A stretch of 64,000 nt of DNA, from positions 1 through 64,000 of the forward strand of contig JBLIRO010000019.1 of the NCBI GenBank assembly GCA_049472335.1. Reading direction: 5' to 3'. Below are positions 31,150 through 40,590 of the stretch, piece after piece; the stretch's first letter is position 1, and each line of letters starts with the position of its first letter. The notes beneath the pieces are model-generated. The model ran no database searches. It was not told the DNA's origin and worked only from the letters and a program-made list of their open reading frames with translations. This stretch comes from a bacterium (GTDB taxonomy: Bacteria; SZUA-182; DTGQ01; JAFGSM01). The position numbers and the translations under genes were made by a program.

Positions 31150-31166
31150 AGCATTAATTATGCCCT
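31150..31166 (-). promoter_or_regulatory. Putative sigma54 -24/-12 promoter upstream of eboE and the PEP-CTERM gene
   Basis: Minus strand AGGGCATAATTAATGCT has GG-N10-GC, about 65 bp upstream of the eboE start. Confidence 0.4.
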
Positions 31167-31312
31167 AAAAAAGACCAGACTTAAACTCTTAATTTATATG
31201 AAAATATAAATATAATATTAACATTTCCTGAGATTTTTTCATATTGTTTATGAAAAAAAATGTAATTTTTATGATTTTTTCAACAAAAGTGGAAAGGGTG
31301 TCGAATCCGGAA

Positions 31313-33094
31313 TCATATAGGGGTAAAACAAGTTACAGCATAATGAGAATAAGTTATTCCGTCGGGATCTGTATAGGTGCCGCCCCAGGTCATTGTAAGC
31401 GGACCAACCAGAGTGCTATTGTTCCATGTGTCATGGACTATGACTGTTTCAGTGGTAAGGTAATAGCCGATTCCCAACATCATATGGCCGGTAAGGTGAA
31501 TCATAACAGGCCTGCCTGCGTCTATTTCATTTATATAGTCAGAAAAACTGAATCCAAGTGTATTGCCTTGAAATCCCAGTATGTATTGATTGAAGGCAAA
31601 TCCGCCATGTCCGCAATATTTTGTGTATTCTATTATCCCATATGTCCCTGAATGGTTATACACATCATAACCTAAATTGAATAGATCAGTATTTGTCATT
31701 CTGGCTCCATCTGTCCAAAAGTAAAAAAAGGTTTGTCCATCAGGATTTGAGTCTCCCGTAGAAGTCAGATTGTCCTGACTTGTACCCATGAAATCGGCTA
31801 AGCAATCAAATTGAGCAGGTATAATACGGCCTGAAGCCAAAGGATCACCCGTACTCCCATAGGATAGCCAGAAATCAGCCAGATGTCCGGCACTGGCAAT
31901 TGCTTTGTTGCACAATAGGGTAGGTCCGGTTGGGCTTGGAGGATCAAGAGGACGATCAATCGGGAAAGGAGAATTAGGATAATAACTGCTTAATTCGGCC
32001 ACTCCTCCAAGTATCAAATCATATGTAATTCCGTTATATCCATATATATCATAGTAGCCCATAATCATCCCTGTGGAGGTTGGCGCGCATCCGTACCACC
32101 AATTATAATCTGGGGTCGTCAGGGCCAAACCTTGGGAATAACCGCAGATTAGTTTGTTTGTATATGTATCTAAATAATGTTTTACAATATAGGATGTTCC
32201 ATCGGGCCTGATTCCTTCAACTGAAGAACCTAAAAATATTACTCTTTTATTACCGGACCGATCTGGTTGTTCTGTTCCCGGATTTGTCTTTGGATTATTT
32301 ACAGATGTATTTATAGGTATATTATGTGGTTTGGACAAATTGTTTAGTATTGGATTTAAATTGTTAAAAGGAATTGATAAATCCAAGGGCGAGAAGATAT
32401 TGTAAGGAGTGTTCATAATGGGTCTAGGCCCAATACCCATTACAGGTCCGGGGGAAAGTCCCATCATAGGTAAAGGTCCGATACCCATAAGAGTTCCAGG
32501 TCCAAATCCCATCATAGGCAAGGGAGCTATCCCCATCATGGGTGCAGGCCCGAATCCCATAGTATTAAAAGGATTGATACCCCAAACAGGGCCTTGTACA
32601 AGCCCCATCAAGGTTAGGGGGCCTATATCCATTATGGGAGCTAGCCCGAATCCCATAGTATTCAGAGGATCGATACCCAAAACAGGCCCCTGTGCAAGCC
32701 CCATCAAGGTTAGGGGGCCTATATCCATGATGGGTGCAGACCCGAATCCCATTATTGGTGTCAAGCCAGGAACTGTCATTGGGTGATTATTAAAACTTAA
32801 CAGGGTGTTATTAATTCCTTCTGAAATAAGAGGTGAAAAAACCGGATCCATCAGGGCGTTTATTTGAGGGAGAATGCCCATGCCAGGTACGCTTATGGAT
32901 TCGGCTAAATTGGTTTGAAGTAAAGGGGCCATGATATGAGGCATTAAAACAGTGGCTCCAAGAGTCTCGGGTATACCTCCTCCTTTTATCCCGCTGCCTA
33001 ATAAGCCTGCTTGTGACCCAATGCCTGCAGAATATGTATTTCCAATGATAAATATAAAAAAAATGGTTAAAAAACCAATTATTTTTCTCTTCAT
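31313..33094 (-). CDS. Secreted papain-fold (C39-like/C10-like) cysteine peptidase with an octapeptide-repeat N-terminal region
   Basis: Signal peptide; YNWWYGCAPTS (Cys), EIDAGRPVMIHLTGHMMLGIGY (His), VHDTW (Asp). Confidence 0.7.
   Translation of the reverse strand: MKRKIIGFLTIFFIFIIGNTYSAGIGSQAGLLGSGIKGGGIPETLGATVLMPHIMAPLLQTNLAESISVPGMGILPQINALMDPVFSPLISEGINNTLLSFNNHPMTVPGLTPIMGFGSAPIMDIGPLTLMGLAQGPVLGIDPLNTMGFGLAPIMDIGPLTLMGLVQGPVWGINPFNTMGFGPAPMMGIAPLPMMGFGPGTLMGIGPLPMMGLSPGPVMGIGPRPIMNTPYNIFSPLDLSIPFNNLNPILNNLSKPHNIPINTSVNNPKTNPGTEQPDRSGNKRVIFLGSSVEGIRPDGTSYIVKHYLDTYTNKLICGYSQGLALTTPDYNWWYGCAPTSTGMIMGYYDIYGYNGITYDLILGGVAELSSYYPNSPFPIDRPLDPPSPTGPTLLCNKAIASAGHLADFWLSYGSTGDPLASGRIIPAQFDCLADFMGTSQDNLTSTGDSNPDGQTFFYFWTDGARMTNTDLFNLGYDVYNHSGTYGIIEYTKYCGHGGFAFNQYILGFQGNTLGFSFSDYINEIDAGRPVMIHLTGHMMLGIGYYLTTETVIVHDTWNNSTLVGPLTMTWGGTYTDPDGITYSHYAVTCFTPI
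32414..32749 (-). repeat. 14 coding 24-bp repeats with a 96-bp higher-order period
   Basis: GFGSAPIM DIGPLTLM GLAQGPVL GIDPLNTM / GFGLAPIM DIGPLTLM GLVQGPVW GINPFNTM / GFGPAPMM ... GIGPRPIM. Confidence 0.85.
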
Positions 33095-33830
33095 AAAAAT
33101 CTTACCTGCTTATTGATAAAGACATAATTAATGCTTAATATATTACGATCTTAATATATCTCGATAAACTAAATCGCTAAAGAATCACAATTCACTTGAA
33201 GATTAATATCGTGACCGATCATAAGGGAATCGTTATTTTTTATGTCTTTAAATAATATAAAAATCACTTATGTTTTTTTATTGACTTTATACCATGTTAT
33301 GAATTATACTTTTTTTCCGAAAAGATAATGCCTTTCCAATAATGAACGGGGGGGCAAGCATCTGTATGAAGGAATAATTGATGCTGTGCTGTAACTATAG
33401 TTGATAGTTTTTCGAGATATTGCTCAGATGCAGAATCAAAGTGCATTAGTGCCATTTTTAATTTTTTGAAAAAGTCTATCAATTTATCGTATATCCCTCC
33501 CTTAAGAAAGTTATGATCTAAGGCAAGAGTTTTTTGAAGTAAAAAAAATTTTTTGTCGATATTAAATTAAGGACCCTTTTAAATATATATGTCTTTTTAC
33601 TGCGAAATTCAAAATAACATAGATCCAAGGCAAAAAAGACGACTTTTTACTGTAAAAAAATCACAGAAAGATATGTATAGATTTATTGTTTTTGATTATC
33701 TATGCCTTTTAAAATCAAATTGTTTAAAATTAAAGGGGGGATTTGTATGCCGTAATAGCATAATTAAGGCCGCCAGCTGAGCTGGATTTTAAACTATTAA
33801 ACAATTATTTCATAATAACGGGGGGGAATT

Positions 33831-33944
33831 ATGAAAGAAGAAGGAAAGGATGTCGAAGTTCTCGATACAGGTTGTGATACGGAAAAATTTTGGAACAGGC
33901 CTTGTTGTTGGGGGCCATCCGGTTCTGTAGTATTTTGGTGGTAA
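33831..33944 (+). CDS. RiPP precursor peptide (geopeptide-like), 37 aa; not in the ORF track
   Basis: G-rich RBS at 33820-33826. Translation MKEEGKDVEVLDTGCDTEKFWNRPCCWGPSGSVVFWW* has an acidic EVLDxG leader and a CC core, and lies 74 bp upstream of a SPASM radical SAM gene. Confidence 0.85.
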   Translation: MKEEGKDVEVLDTGCDTEKFWNRPCCWGPSGSVVFWW

Positions 33945-33953
33945 ACGATGGAA

Positions 33954-33980
33954 GAGGGGGGCCATAGCTCCCCTCATTTT
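33954..33980 (+). terminator. Stem-loop between precursor and maturase genes
   Basis: GAGGGGGGC-CATA-GCTCCCCTC followed by ATTTT. Confidence 0.65.
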
Positions 33981-34018
33981 CATTTGATTTTATATTCTTT
34001 TGTTGGATTTTATTTCTT

Positions 34019-35332
34019 ATGCAATCTTCATTTTACCTCAAGACTTTTCTTTGCAGGGAAAAACCAGGCTATCTGCTTCTTTTCTCAACAAAGCAGGCAT
34101 CAAAAGTTTTCCTTAAGGAAGAGACTTTTAAAGCAATAGAAAAAGGAACTCTCTCACCTTCGGATGAAGCCCTATTGTCCAAGCTAGGTATGATAGTGCA
34201 TGATAGGGAAGAGGAAAAGCGAACAGTATTTGGTCTTATTGATAAGATTAATACAAATAATAGCGTTTTGGAGATAATGGTTGTCCTTAATATGGACTGT
34301 AATTTTTCCTGTATATACTGTTATGAAGGAGACATGAAGGGCAAACTCTTCATGTCCGATGATACGGCAAGGCGCCTAATAGATTTTATTAAACATAAAT
34401 TTACCAAGGATAAGCAATCTCTGATCTTACATTTTTACGGGGGAGAGCCACTCTTGAGTATCGAACGAATCAAGTCGATTTCTCAGGAAATAAAGTCATT
34501 TGTTGAGAATAATGGTGCCTCTTACGGCTTCACTATTATCACCAATGGCTCTCTTTTTAAAAGGTCGGCAGCGAAAGAGTTGGTCCCTCTTGGCCTTAAA
34601 AGTGTTAAGATAACCTTGGACGGCATAGCTGAGACACATAATAAATCAAGACCCTTTAAATCAGGAGCGCCCAGCTTTGATACAATCATAGGCAACATAA
34701 AAGAGACCTGTGATCTTACAAGGGTCGGTATAGGAGGAAATTTCGACAAAGAGAATTATGAGAGATTTGTACCTCTCCTTGATTATCTTGAAAAGGAAGG
34801 CCTTACCTCTGAGAAGATTGCTATAGTGAAGTTCGATCCGGTTATGAAACAGCCGTTGGGAGAAGCCATGCCAGCCGGATATTCGGGTGGCTGTATGTCC
34901 ATAAATGAACCATGGTTATCAAAGGCTAGCACGATGCTTAGAGAAGAGATATTAAAGAAGGGATATAAGACGCTGACACTATTACCGATGCCGTGTATGG
35001 TAGAGGTCTTGGCCTCTTATGTGGTGAATTTCGATGGGTTCATCTATAAATGTCCTACTTTTGTCGGGAAAAAAGATTATGCTGTGGGAAGCCTTCTGAC
35101 AGGCATAACAGATTATTCAAGATCCTATAAACTGGGTATATGGAAGAATCAGGAGTGTGCAGAGTGCTTGTACCTGCCTTTATGTTTTGGAGGATGTAAG
35201 TATATGACATTTATAAGAGATGGGAACGTGGATGCGCTTGATTGCAAAAAGGCCTATCTGGACACTTCACTTGAAACATTGATTAAACAAGACATAAAGT
35301 ATAACCTGATGGTTGACAGACACTTTTGTTGA
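34019..35332 (+). CDS. Radical SAM/SPASM peptide maturase (geopeptide-maturase-like)
   Basis: CNFSCIYC, FYGGEPLL, ITNG; SPASM Cys pattern C...YKC...CAECLYLPLCFGGC...C; ~80-aa N-terminal extension that may be an RRE. Confidence 0.9.
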   Translation: MQSSFYLKTFLCREKPGYLLLFSTKQASKVFLKEETFKAIEKGTLSPSDEALLSKLGMIVHDREEEKRTVFGLIDKINTNNSVLEIMVVLNMDCNFSCIYCYEGDMKGKLFMSDDTARRLIDFIKHKFTKDKQSLILHFYGGEPLLSIERIKSISQEIKSFVENNGASYGFTIITNGSLFKRSAAKELVPLGLKSVKITLDGIAETHNKSRPFKSGAPSFDTIIGNIKETCDLTRVGIGGNFDKENYERFVPLLDYLEKEGLTSEKIAIVKFDPVMKQPLGEAMPAGYSGGCMSINEPWLSKASTMLREEILKKGYKTLTLLPMPCMVEVLASYVVNFDGFIYKCPTFVGKKDYAVGSLLTGITDYSRSYKLGIWKNQECAECLYLPLCFGGCKYMTFIRDGNVDALDCKKAYLDTSLETLIKQDIKYNLMVDRHFC

Positions 35333-35682
35333 TGAGATCCATCTTCATCTTTGTCATTTTTGATTGCAAAAAAAAATATATTATTGTAAAATTTAAATAG
35401 ATTGTTTTATGTATGATTGATAAATAAGATCTTGATATTCTTAACCTAATATTTTTATTATCTTAAGAGGTAGTTTTCGATCTTTAAGAAAAGCCTTTAA
35501 AACTTATATCCAATTTTATCCAGTTCATTAAGATTTTTTCTCCGGTGATTTCATTCAATAAATCTAAATGGACAATTTCTCCCCTGAATAAGGTTCAGAA
35601 ATTTATACTACTATTATCAATGTATTCATCGGGGTCAAATTTTTCAGGCTTTTCAATATTTTCATAAGAGAGGTGAGGTTTT

Positions 35683-36480
35683 ATGTTTAGAGTAAAAAAG
35701 GGAACCATATTATTTAACCTTATTATTATTTTAATCTTCATTTCGCTAATCCATTCATTACCTGCCAATGCTCAATTTTCAGGTATTGCATTTAATCCCA
35801 TTGTCCAACCATTCGGATATGGTGAACTGTGGAATCCCTTGTTTACCAATCTGGATTCCGTGTTTACGCCTTTCAGTTTTAATTCTTTTGGTTTGGGTTA
35901 CCCCCTTTTCAATCTTAATCCTCTTAGCAACAATATCTTTTCAAACCCTTTAAATTTTCTCCTTCAGCCGGCTATTTCGCCCTTGTCGATTTTTAATTCA
36001 TTACCCATATCCAACTATTTGTCATTTATTCAAACACCATATGGAGGCCTGAATATGGGCACGGTTATGCCAAACCTTTTGAGCCCTTCAATAGCTTCAC
36101 TTACGGTACCTTCCCCTATGCGAATGAGCGCTCAGGCAGGAACATGGATAGGTACGTGGCAAAGCAACTTTATCGCCTTCATAATACTTTTCAATTCAGG
36201 CACCATGAACATGACTTTGATTGAAGATTTAACCCTGAATACCCTGGATGGAACAGCCATTTTAAATGGCAGCCGTTTTGCGAATACTCTCTTTAGTGTA
36301 AGAGGGGTGCTGACTGATCCTACTAATTTCATTTTAGAGGGTATCGTTTCTACCGGAATCGCCCTGGTTTTGAATTGTATACTTACTTCTCCAACCACAA
36401 TGACAGGCTCTTACACGGTTACATCCGGTTTTGGCGGTCAATTGCTTGATACAGGTGTTTTTAATTTGACGCTTGTGTAA
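35683..36480 (+). CDS. Secreted protein with a Phe/Pro/Asn/Ser-rich region and a C-terminal QAGxWxGxWxS domain
   Basis: GAGGTG RBS; signal peptide ANA|Q; SAQAGTWIGTWQS...GTMNMTLIED...TMTGSYTV...DTGVFNLTL matches the 22896 protein. Confidence 0.8.
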   Translation: MFRVKKGTILFNLIIILIFISLIHSLPANAQFSGIAFNPIVQPFGYGELWNPLFTNLDSVFTPFSFNSFGLGYPLFNLNPLSNNIFSNPLNFLLQPAISPLSIFNSLPISNYLSFIQTPYGGLNMGTVMPNLLSPSIASLTVPSPMRMSAQAGTWIGTWQSNFIAFIILFNSGTMNMTLIEDLTLNTLDGTAILNGSRFANTLFSVRGVLTDPTNFILEGIVSTGIALVLNCILTSPTTMTGSYTVTSGFGGQLLDTGVFNLTLV

Positions 36481-36580
36481 AACTATATCCCTTTTGGGAT
36501 TGATGTAAGCTGTTTAGGCAGCCCAGGGGGTGTACTATGTATGACCTGATCTCCAAAGAAATCAATGGAGGGATTTATTA

Positions 36581-38119
36581 ATGAAAAAAGGAATAGGGTG
36601 GTGCCGGAGATTCGCAAAAGCCTTTATAATTATTATTTTTATTTTTTTTGCCTCCGAAGCAAATGCTAAGGAAGCATTTGGCCCGAAGATCGTTGATGTA
36701 ACGACAAAGGCTTTCAGTGTGATATGGACAATAACTGACGGCGTCTATACGAGTTGTGGAATAAGGTTTTTTACAAGTGATAGTTATGACGTTGAAAGAT
36801 CGGATATAAATCCATCACAGATTATTATCGAAACCGATCCCGGTTATCCGGGTGAGAAGGGAAAACAATATGGACTCGCAAAGTTGAATGTGGTTGGTCT
36901 TAATAACAATACTAAATATTACTTCAAGGTAACTCAAAATGGGGTATTACTTGATTTTTCCGGTATAATTGTAACAGAATCGCTCAGGGGGCTAAGTTCA
37001 ACCGATCCAGGTCAAAGTGATATTGTGAGCAACGATATTGTTCATAGGGCTGTATATAAATCCGATGGCACAAGCCCGGCTCTGGGCGCTTTGGTCCTGG
37101 CGGATATTTACTCCCATGACGCAGATTTGGATACAGATCCTCCTTTGAGCGATTATCCCATTTCAGCCTGGGTCGGGGAAGGAATGGCCGGGGATGAATC
37201 TTCCACGGAATATAATCCCAATAATATTTCGTATATACAATATGCCGCAATTAACATGAATAACCTTTTCGGCCGGGATAAATTTCCGCTTAGTCTGCAA
37301 GGAGATGACCCCTCCACACCAACTATTAATGAAGGGGAGATTATCAGATTTACCATAGTGAACGGGGAGCAGGATGTTTTTGGTCAGGACCCTTGTAAAC
37401 ACTGGTTTATAAGTTACGGACGCATTGATAATATTGATATGGCAAACGGAGAAAAGATAACTACCGCAAAGATTTCTGCGAGTTTCAGATTTAAGGAAGG
37501 TGTAAATGCCTTTGCCTTCCCTTTTACCATTACTCCTTCCGGCTATACTACAGAGATCCTTTGGAATATGATTGAAGATACAGAAGGAAAACAAGGGATC
37601 GTGGAATCGATATACGTGTTTGAAGATAAATCATGGATTGAAACGTACAAGACCTTCGACCCGGTTTTGGGCTCACAATTTGTAAATATAAAGAATATAC
37701 AAACTGGTAAAGGGATATTTATTATCTTGAACCAAGGCATGACAAAAGAAGTGACTTTTTACGGGAAACCTGAGTCAGCGGGCATAGATCTTTATGCTGA
37801 TACTGCAAATGTTGTTTCATTGCCCCAGTTACCGGTCTATTATGAAACAGGTAATCTCATAAATGATATCGAGTCTTCAGGGGCCGGGGAAAATAGTATT
37901 GAAAATATATGGTTTTATGATAATGGATGGAAAAGAACCTATAAAATAAACCATCCTGTTTTTGGCGTCCGTATACAAAATAGTGTGCCAATGTCTAACA
38001 CAAAGTTCTATGTTGTCAAGTTCAGGGATGTTGAGAACGACCTGTTAAATTTTGATCCTTTTGAGACAAAGAAAAGATCGAGATTTCGATCCTCCAATCT
38101 GGTTTTCTTTTACGAATAA
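36581..38119 (+). CDS. Secreted protein with an N-terminal FN3-like domain
   Basis: GGAGG RBS; signal peptide ANA|K; DVTTKAFSVIW...VVGLNNNTKYYFKV. Confidence 0.75.
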   Translation: MKKGIGWCRRFAKAFIIIIFIFFASEANAKEAFGPKIVDVTTKAFSVIWTITDGVYTSCGIRFFTSDSYDVERSDINPSQIIIETDPGYPGEKGKQYGLAKLNVVGLNNNTKYYFKVTQNGVLLDFSGIIVTESLRGLSSTDPGQSDIVSNDIVHRAVYKSDGTSPALGALVLADIYSHDADLDTDPPLSDYPISAWVGEGMAGDESSTEYNPNNISYIQYAAINMNNLFGRDKFPLSLQGDDPSTPTINEGEIIRFTIVNGEQDVFGQDPCKHWFISYGRIDNIDMANGEKITTAKISASFRFKEGVNAFAFPFTITPSGYTTEILWNMIEDTEGKQGIVESIYVFEDKSWIETYKTFDPVLGSQFVNIKNIQTGKGIFIILNQGMTKEVTFYGKPESAGIDLYADTANVVSLPQLPVYYETGNLINDIESSGAGENSIENIWFYDNGWKRTYKINHPVFGVRIQNSVPMSNTKFYVVKFRDVENDLLNFDPFETKKRSRFRSSNLVFFYE

Positions 38120-38235
38120 AAAGGTTACATAGATTAACTACTATGTATTTATGAGGATTTTTAAATGAATCCATCAAAATTAAGTCACTGTTTTTCTTTA
38201 ATAATATCAAAAATAATATCAAAAGAGGACTTGAA

Positions 38236-40590
38236 ATGAGTATAAAAAAAGATCCGGGATCAAGATGGTTATGTATTGTTTTTTTATTATCCCTTTTGTC
38301 TTTTTCCTCATTAGCTTTAGCAGGAATCCCCGTAGGCGAAGATGTTTATATTTATAATGTGGATGTTGGCAGTTTTAGTATTTTATGGCAGGTTAATGTT
38401 CCGAGCACGTGTTCGATTCGTATTTTTAAAGACTTAGAAGGAACGGATGAAGTACAGGGATATACCATTATTTCAAATACAAACTTGTCATCTGCGGCCC
38501 AGGCAAGAGGCCTTATGCAGGTGGATGTAAAAGGGCTTCCTTCGACAGAGTCCATATATTTCATTCAGACTATTTCAACAGAGATAGATACAGGAATAAC
38601 CCATGTTTGGCCCGGTCCCGGCAATTTGTTTTCAGTAAAAACAGAACCCTTTATCATCGATATCCCCCCTGATAACGGCTTGTTGGATCTTGTCTTGTAT
38701 AATTCAAACGATATGGATACCAATAATCCTCTTGAAGGCTTGATTACGGATGGCGTCGTAGCGATAGTGGATGCCGGGGGAAACTATCCGGTCTCTTCGA
38801 ACAATAACGGATGGCCTCAGGAAAATTTTGATGATTACTATTCGGTTTTGATAGATTTTTCAAGGCTTCGTTTAGAAAACAGCTATTTGGATTGGACATT
38901 AGAACCTGCAAATCAGGTTGTCACGATCATGTGTTTCGGAGGCCTTGTTCCTGATGTTGGCCTCGGGTATCGGATCATCGAGACATTCTATCCCAAGGGC
39001 ATGACCGGCTCCCGTTTGGGATGTCTGTCTGATTATGGAATAAATGATTTGGATGGTTGTGTTTATACTTCATCCAACAAGGTGGTTCTCTACGAAAATA
39101 CCCCTCCGATTATAAAGATGGATCCATTAGGGCCGGAATTTTTTGTTGATCAGAATGTCCCGTTGATAATTAATGTTTGTGCCAGAGATCCTGAAGAAGA
39201 ATCGATTACAGGCATTTATCTTCAGGATGCCCCTGCCGGGATGCAGATTGAATTCCCTAACCCGTCGGATGCCAATTGTGCAATTATCTCTTGGATTCCT
39301 CAGCAAGGGGGTATCTATAAGAATATCAGGATTGCCGCAACAGACGGAATAACCGTCCCCTCCCTAAGGACGTTTATGGTTTTTGTACATAATGGGCCTC
39401 CCTCTTCCCCTGATGTTTGCATTGAACCCCAAGCCCCATATACGGATCAGCCCTTGAAATGTACAGTAGATCGGGATTCGATCCTCAATCCGGACCCTAA
39501 TGATACGGTCTGGTTCGACTATAGATGGTATGAGTCTGCGACTTCCCCTATACTTATCTTTGAAGATCTCAATAGCTTTGAATGTTTAAGCACTCTTGAC
39601 AGTTCATATACCATGAAAAACAAGGATTATTTTTGTCTTGTTACTACACACGATAAGGATGGTAGCGCAGATGAAGTACAGACAAAAACCGTTACTATCC
39701 TTAACTCTCCGCCTTTGTCCCCTGTCCTGGCGGAGATTCTCCCTCCAAGTATTATGGGCTCGATCCCCGGTGCGGACAAAGACCTTGTATGTATCGTCGT
39801 TAATTCGATTCCGTCTGATAAGGATAATGATCAAATAAAATTACAATTTAACTGGTATAATTCCGACGTCCTTGTTCATTCTGAATTATTGGATGGCAAT
39901 CAGGGCATATTGGACCATACATTCACGGCTGTTGATGAAACATGGTCATGCAAAGTGGCAGCCTGGGATGGAGAAGCCTATAGCCCATTAATCGAAAGTA
40001 ATTCAATAATCATAAAAGATAGGGATTTTGATGGTGTTGGGGATTTTTTTGATAATTGTGTGTATGTTCCTAATATCAACCAGTTGGATTCCGATGATGA
40101 CGGAGTTGGGGATGCCTGTGCAGATATCACATTTGATTTGAATCTGCCTGAAGGCTGGAGCATGATTTCGCTCCCTGTATTACCGAAAAATACTTTCGTT
40201 TCAAATCTTTTTCCTGGCGCCATCGTTGTTTACAGCTATGAAAAGGAAAATGGTTATGTCCGGGTAACAGAGAACGAAAACCTGGTTATCGGAAAGGGCT
40301 ATTGGATATTTTGCGATGAAGAAAAAAGCTATGGACTTACCGGTCAGCCCATTCAAATATATTCCTATACAGTGTATGAGAAGGGATGGAATATTATCGG
40401 CGGGTGCACATCCTCTTCAAGGGCATCATCGGAAAACTGCAGCATTAGTGTGATTTATAATTATACCAAAGACTACGGATACAAAAGGCTCCCTGTCTCA
40501 GAAAGCATGGAACCAGGAAAAGGATTCTGGATATATATTACCGATATTACGGATCAGGGCCGCTTGAGTGTAGCAAGGGAGGCATTCTGA
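38236..40590 (+). CDS. Secreted protein with FN3-like, Ig-like, TSP3-type and C-terminal GW...GYWI domains
   Basis: Signal peptide ALA|G; NVDVGSFSILW...VKGL...YFIQT; DFDGVGDFFDNCVYVPNINQLDSDDDGVGDAC; C-terminal domain shared with the giant protein. Confidence 0.8.
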   Translation: MSIKKDPGSRWLCIVFLLSLLSFSSLALAGIPVGEDVYIYNVDVGSFSILWQVNVPSTCSIRIFKDLEGTDEVQGYTIISNTNLSSAAQARGLMQVDVKGLPSTESIYFIQTISTEIDTGITHVWPGPGNLFSVKTEPFIIDIPPDNGLLDLVLYNSNDMDTNNPLEGLITDGVVAIVDAGGNYPVSSNNNGWPQENFDDYYSVLIDFSRLRLENSYLDWTLEPANQVVTIMCFGGLVPDVGLGYRIIETFYPKGMTGSRLGCLSDYGINDLDGCVYTSSNKVVLYENTPPIIKMDPLGPEFFVDQNVPLIINVCARDPEEESITGIYLQDAPAGMQIEFPNPSDANCAIISWIPQQGGIYKNIRIAATDGITVPSLRTFMVFVHNGPPSSPDVCIEPQAPYTDQPLKCTVDRDSILNPDPNDTVWFDYRWYESATSPILIFEDLNSFECLSTLDSSYTMKNKDYFCLVTTHDKDGSADEVQTKTVTILNSPPLSPVLAEILPPSIMGSIPGADKDLVCIVVNSIPSDKDNDQIKLQFNWYNSDVLVHSELLDGNQGILDHTFTAVDETWSCKVAAWDGEAYSPLIESNSIIIKDRDFDGVGDFFDNCVYVPNINQLDSDDDGVGDACADITFDLNLPEGWSMISLPVLPKNTFVSNLFPGAIVVYSYEKENGYVRVTENENLVIGKGYWIFCDEEKSYGLTGQPIQIYSYTVYEKGWNIIGGCTSSSRASSENCSISVIYNYTKDYGYKRLPVSESMEPGKGFWIYITDITDQGRLSVAREAF

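Noticed and set aside
33297..33482. 61-aa minus-strand ORF with an upstream purine-rich motif
   Set aside because: TTG start poorly spaced from the SD-like motif and no recognisable features.
33948..34139. 63-aa ORF as the RiPP precursor
   Set aside because: It runs through the stem-loop and overlaps the maturase out of frame. The 33831-33944 ORF has the RBS and the leader/CC pattern.
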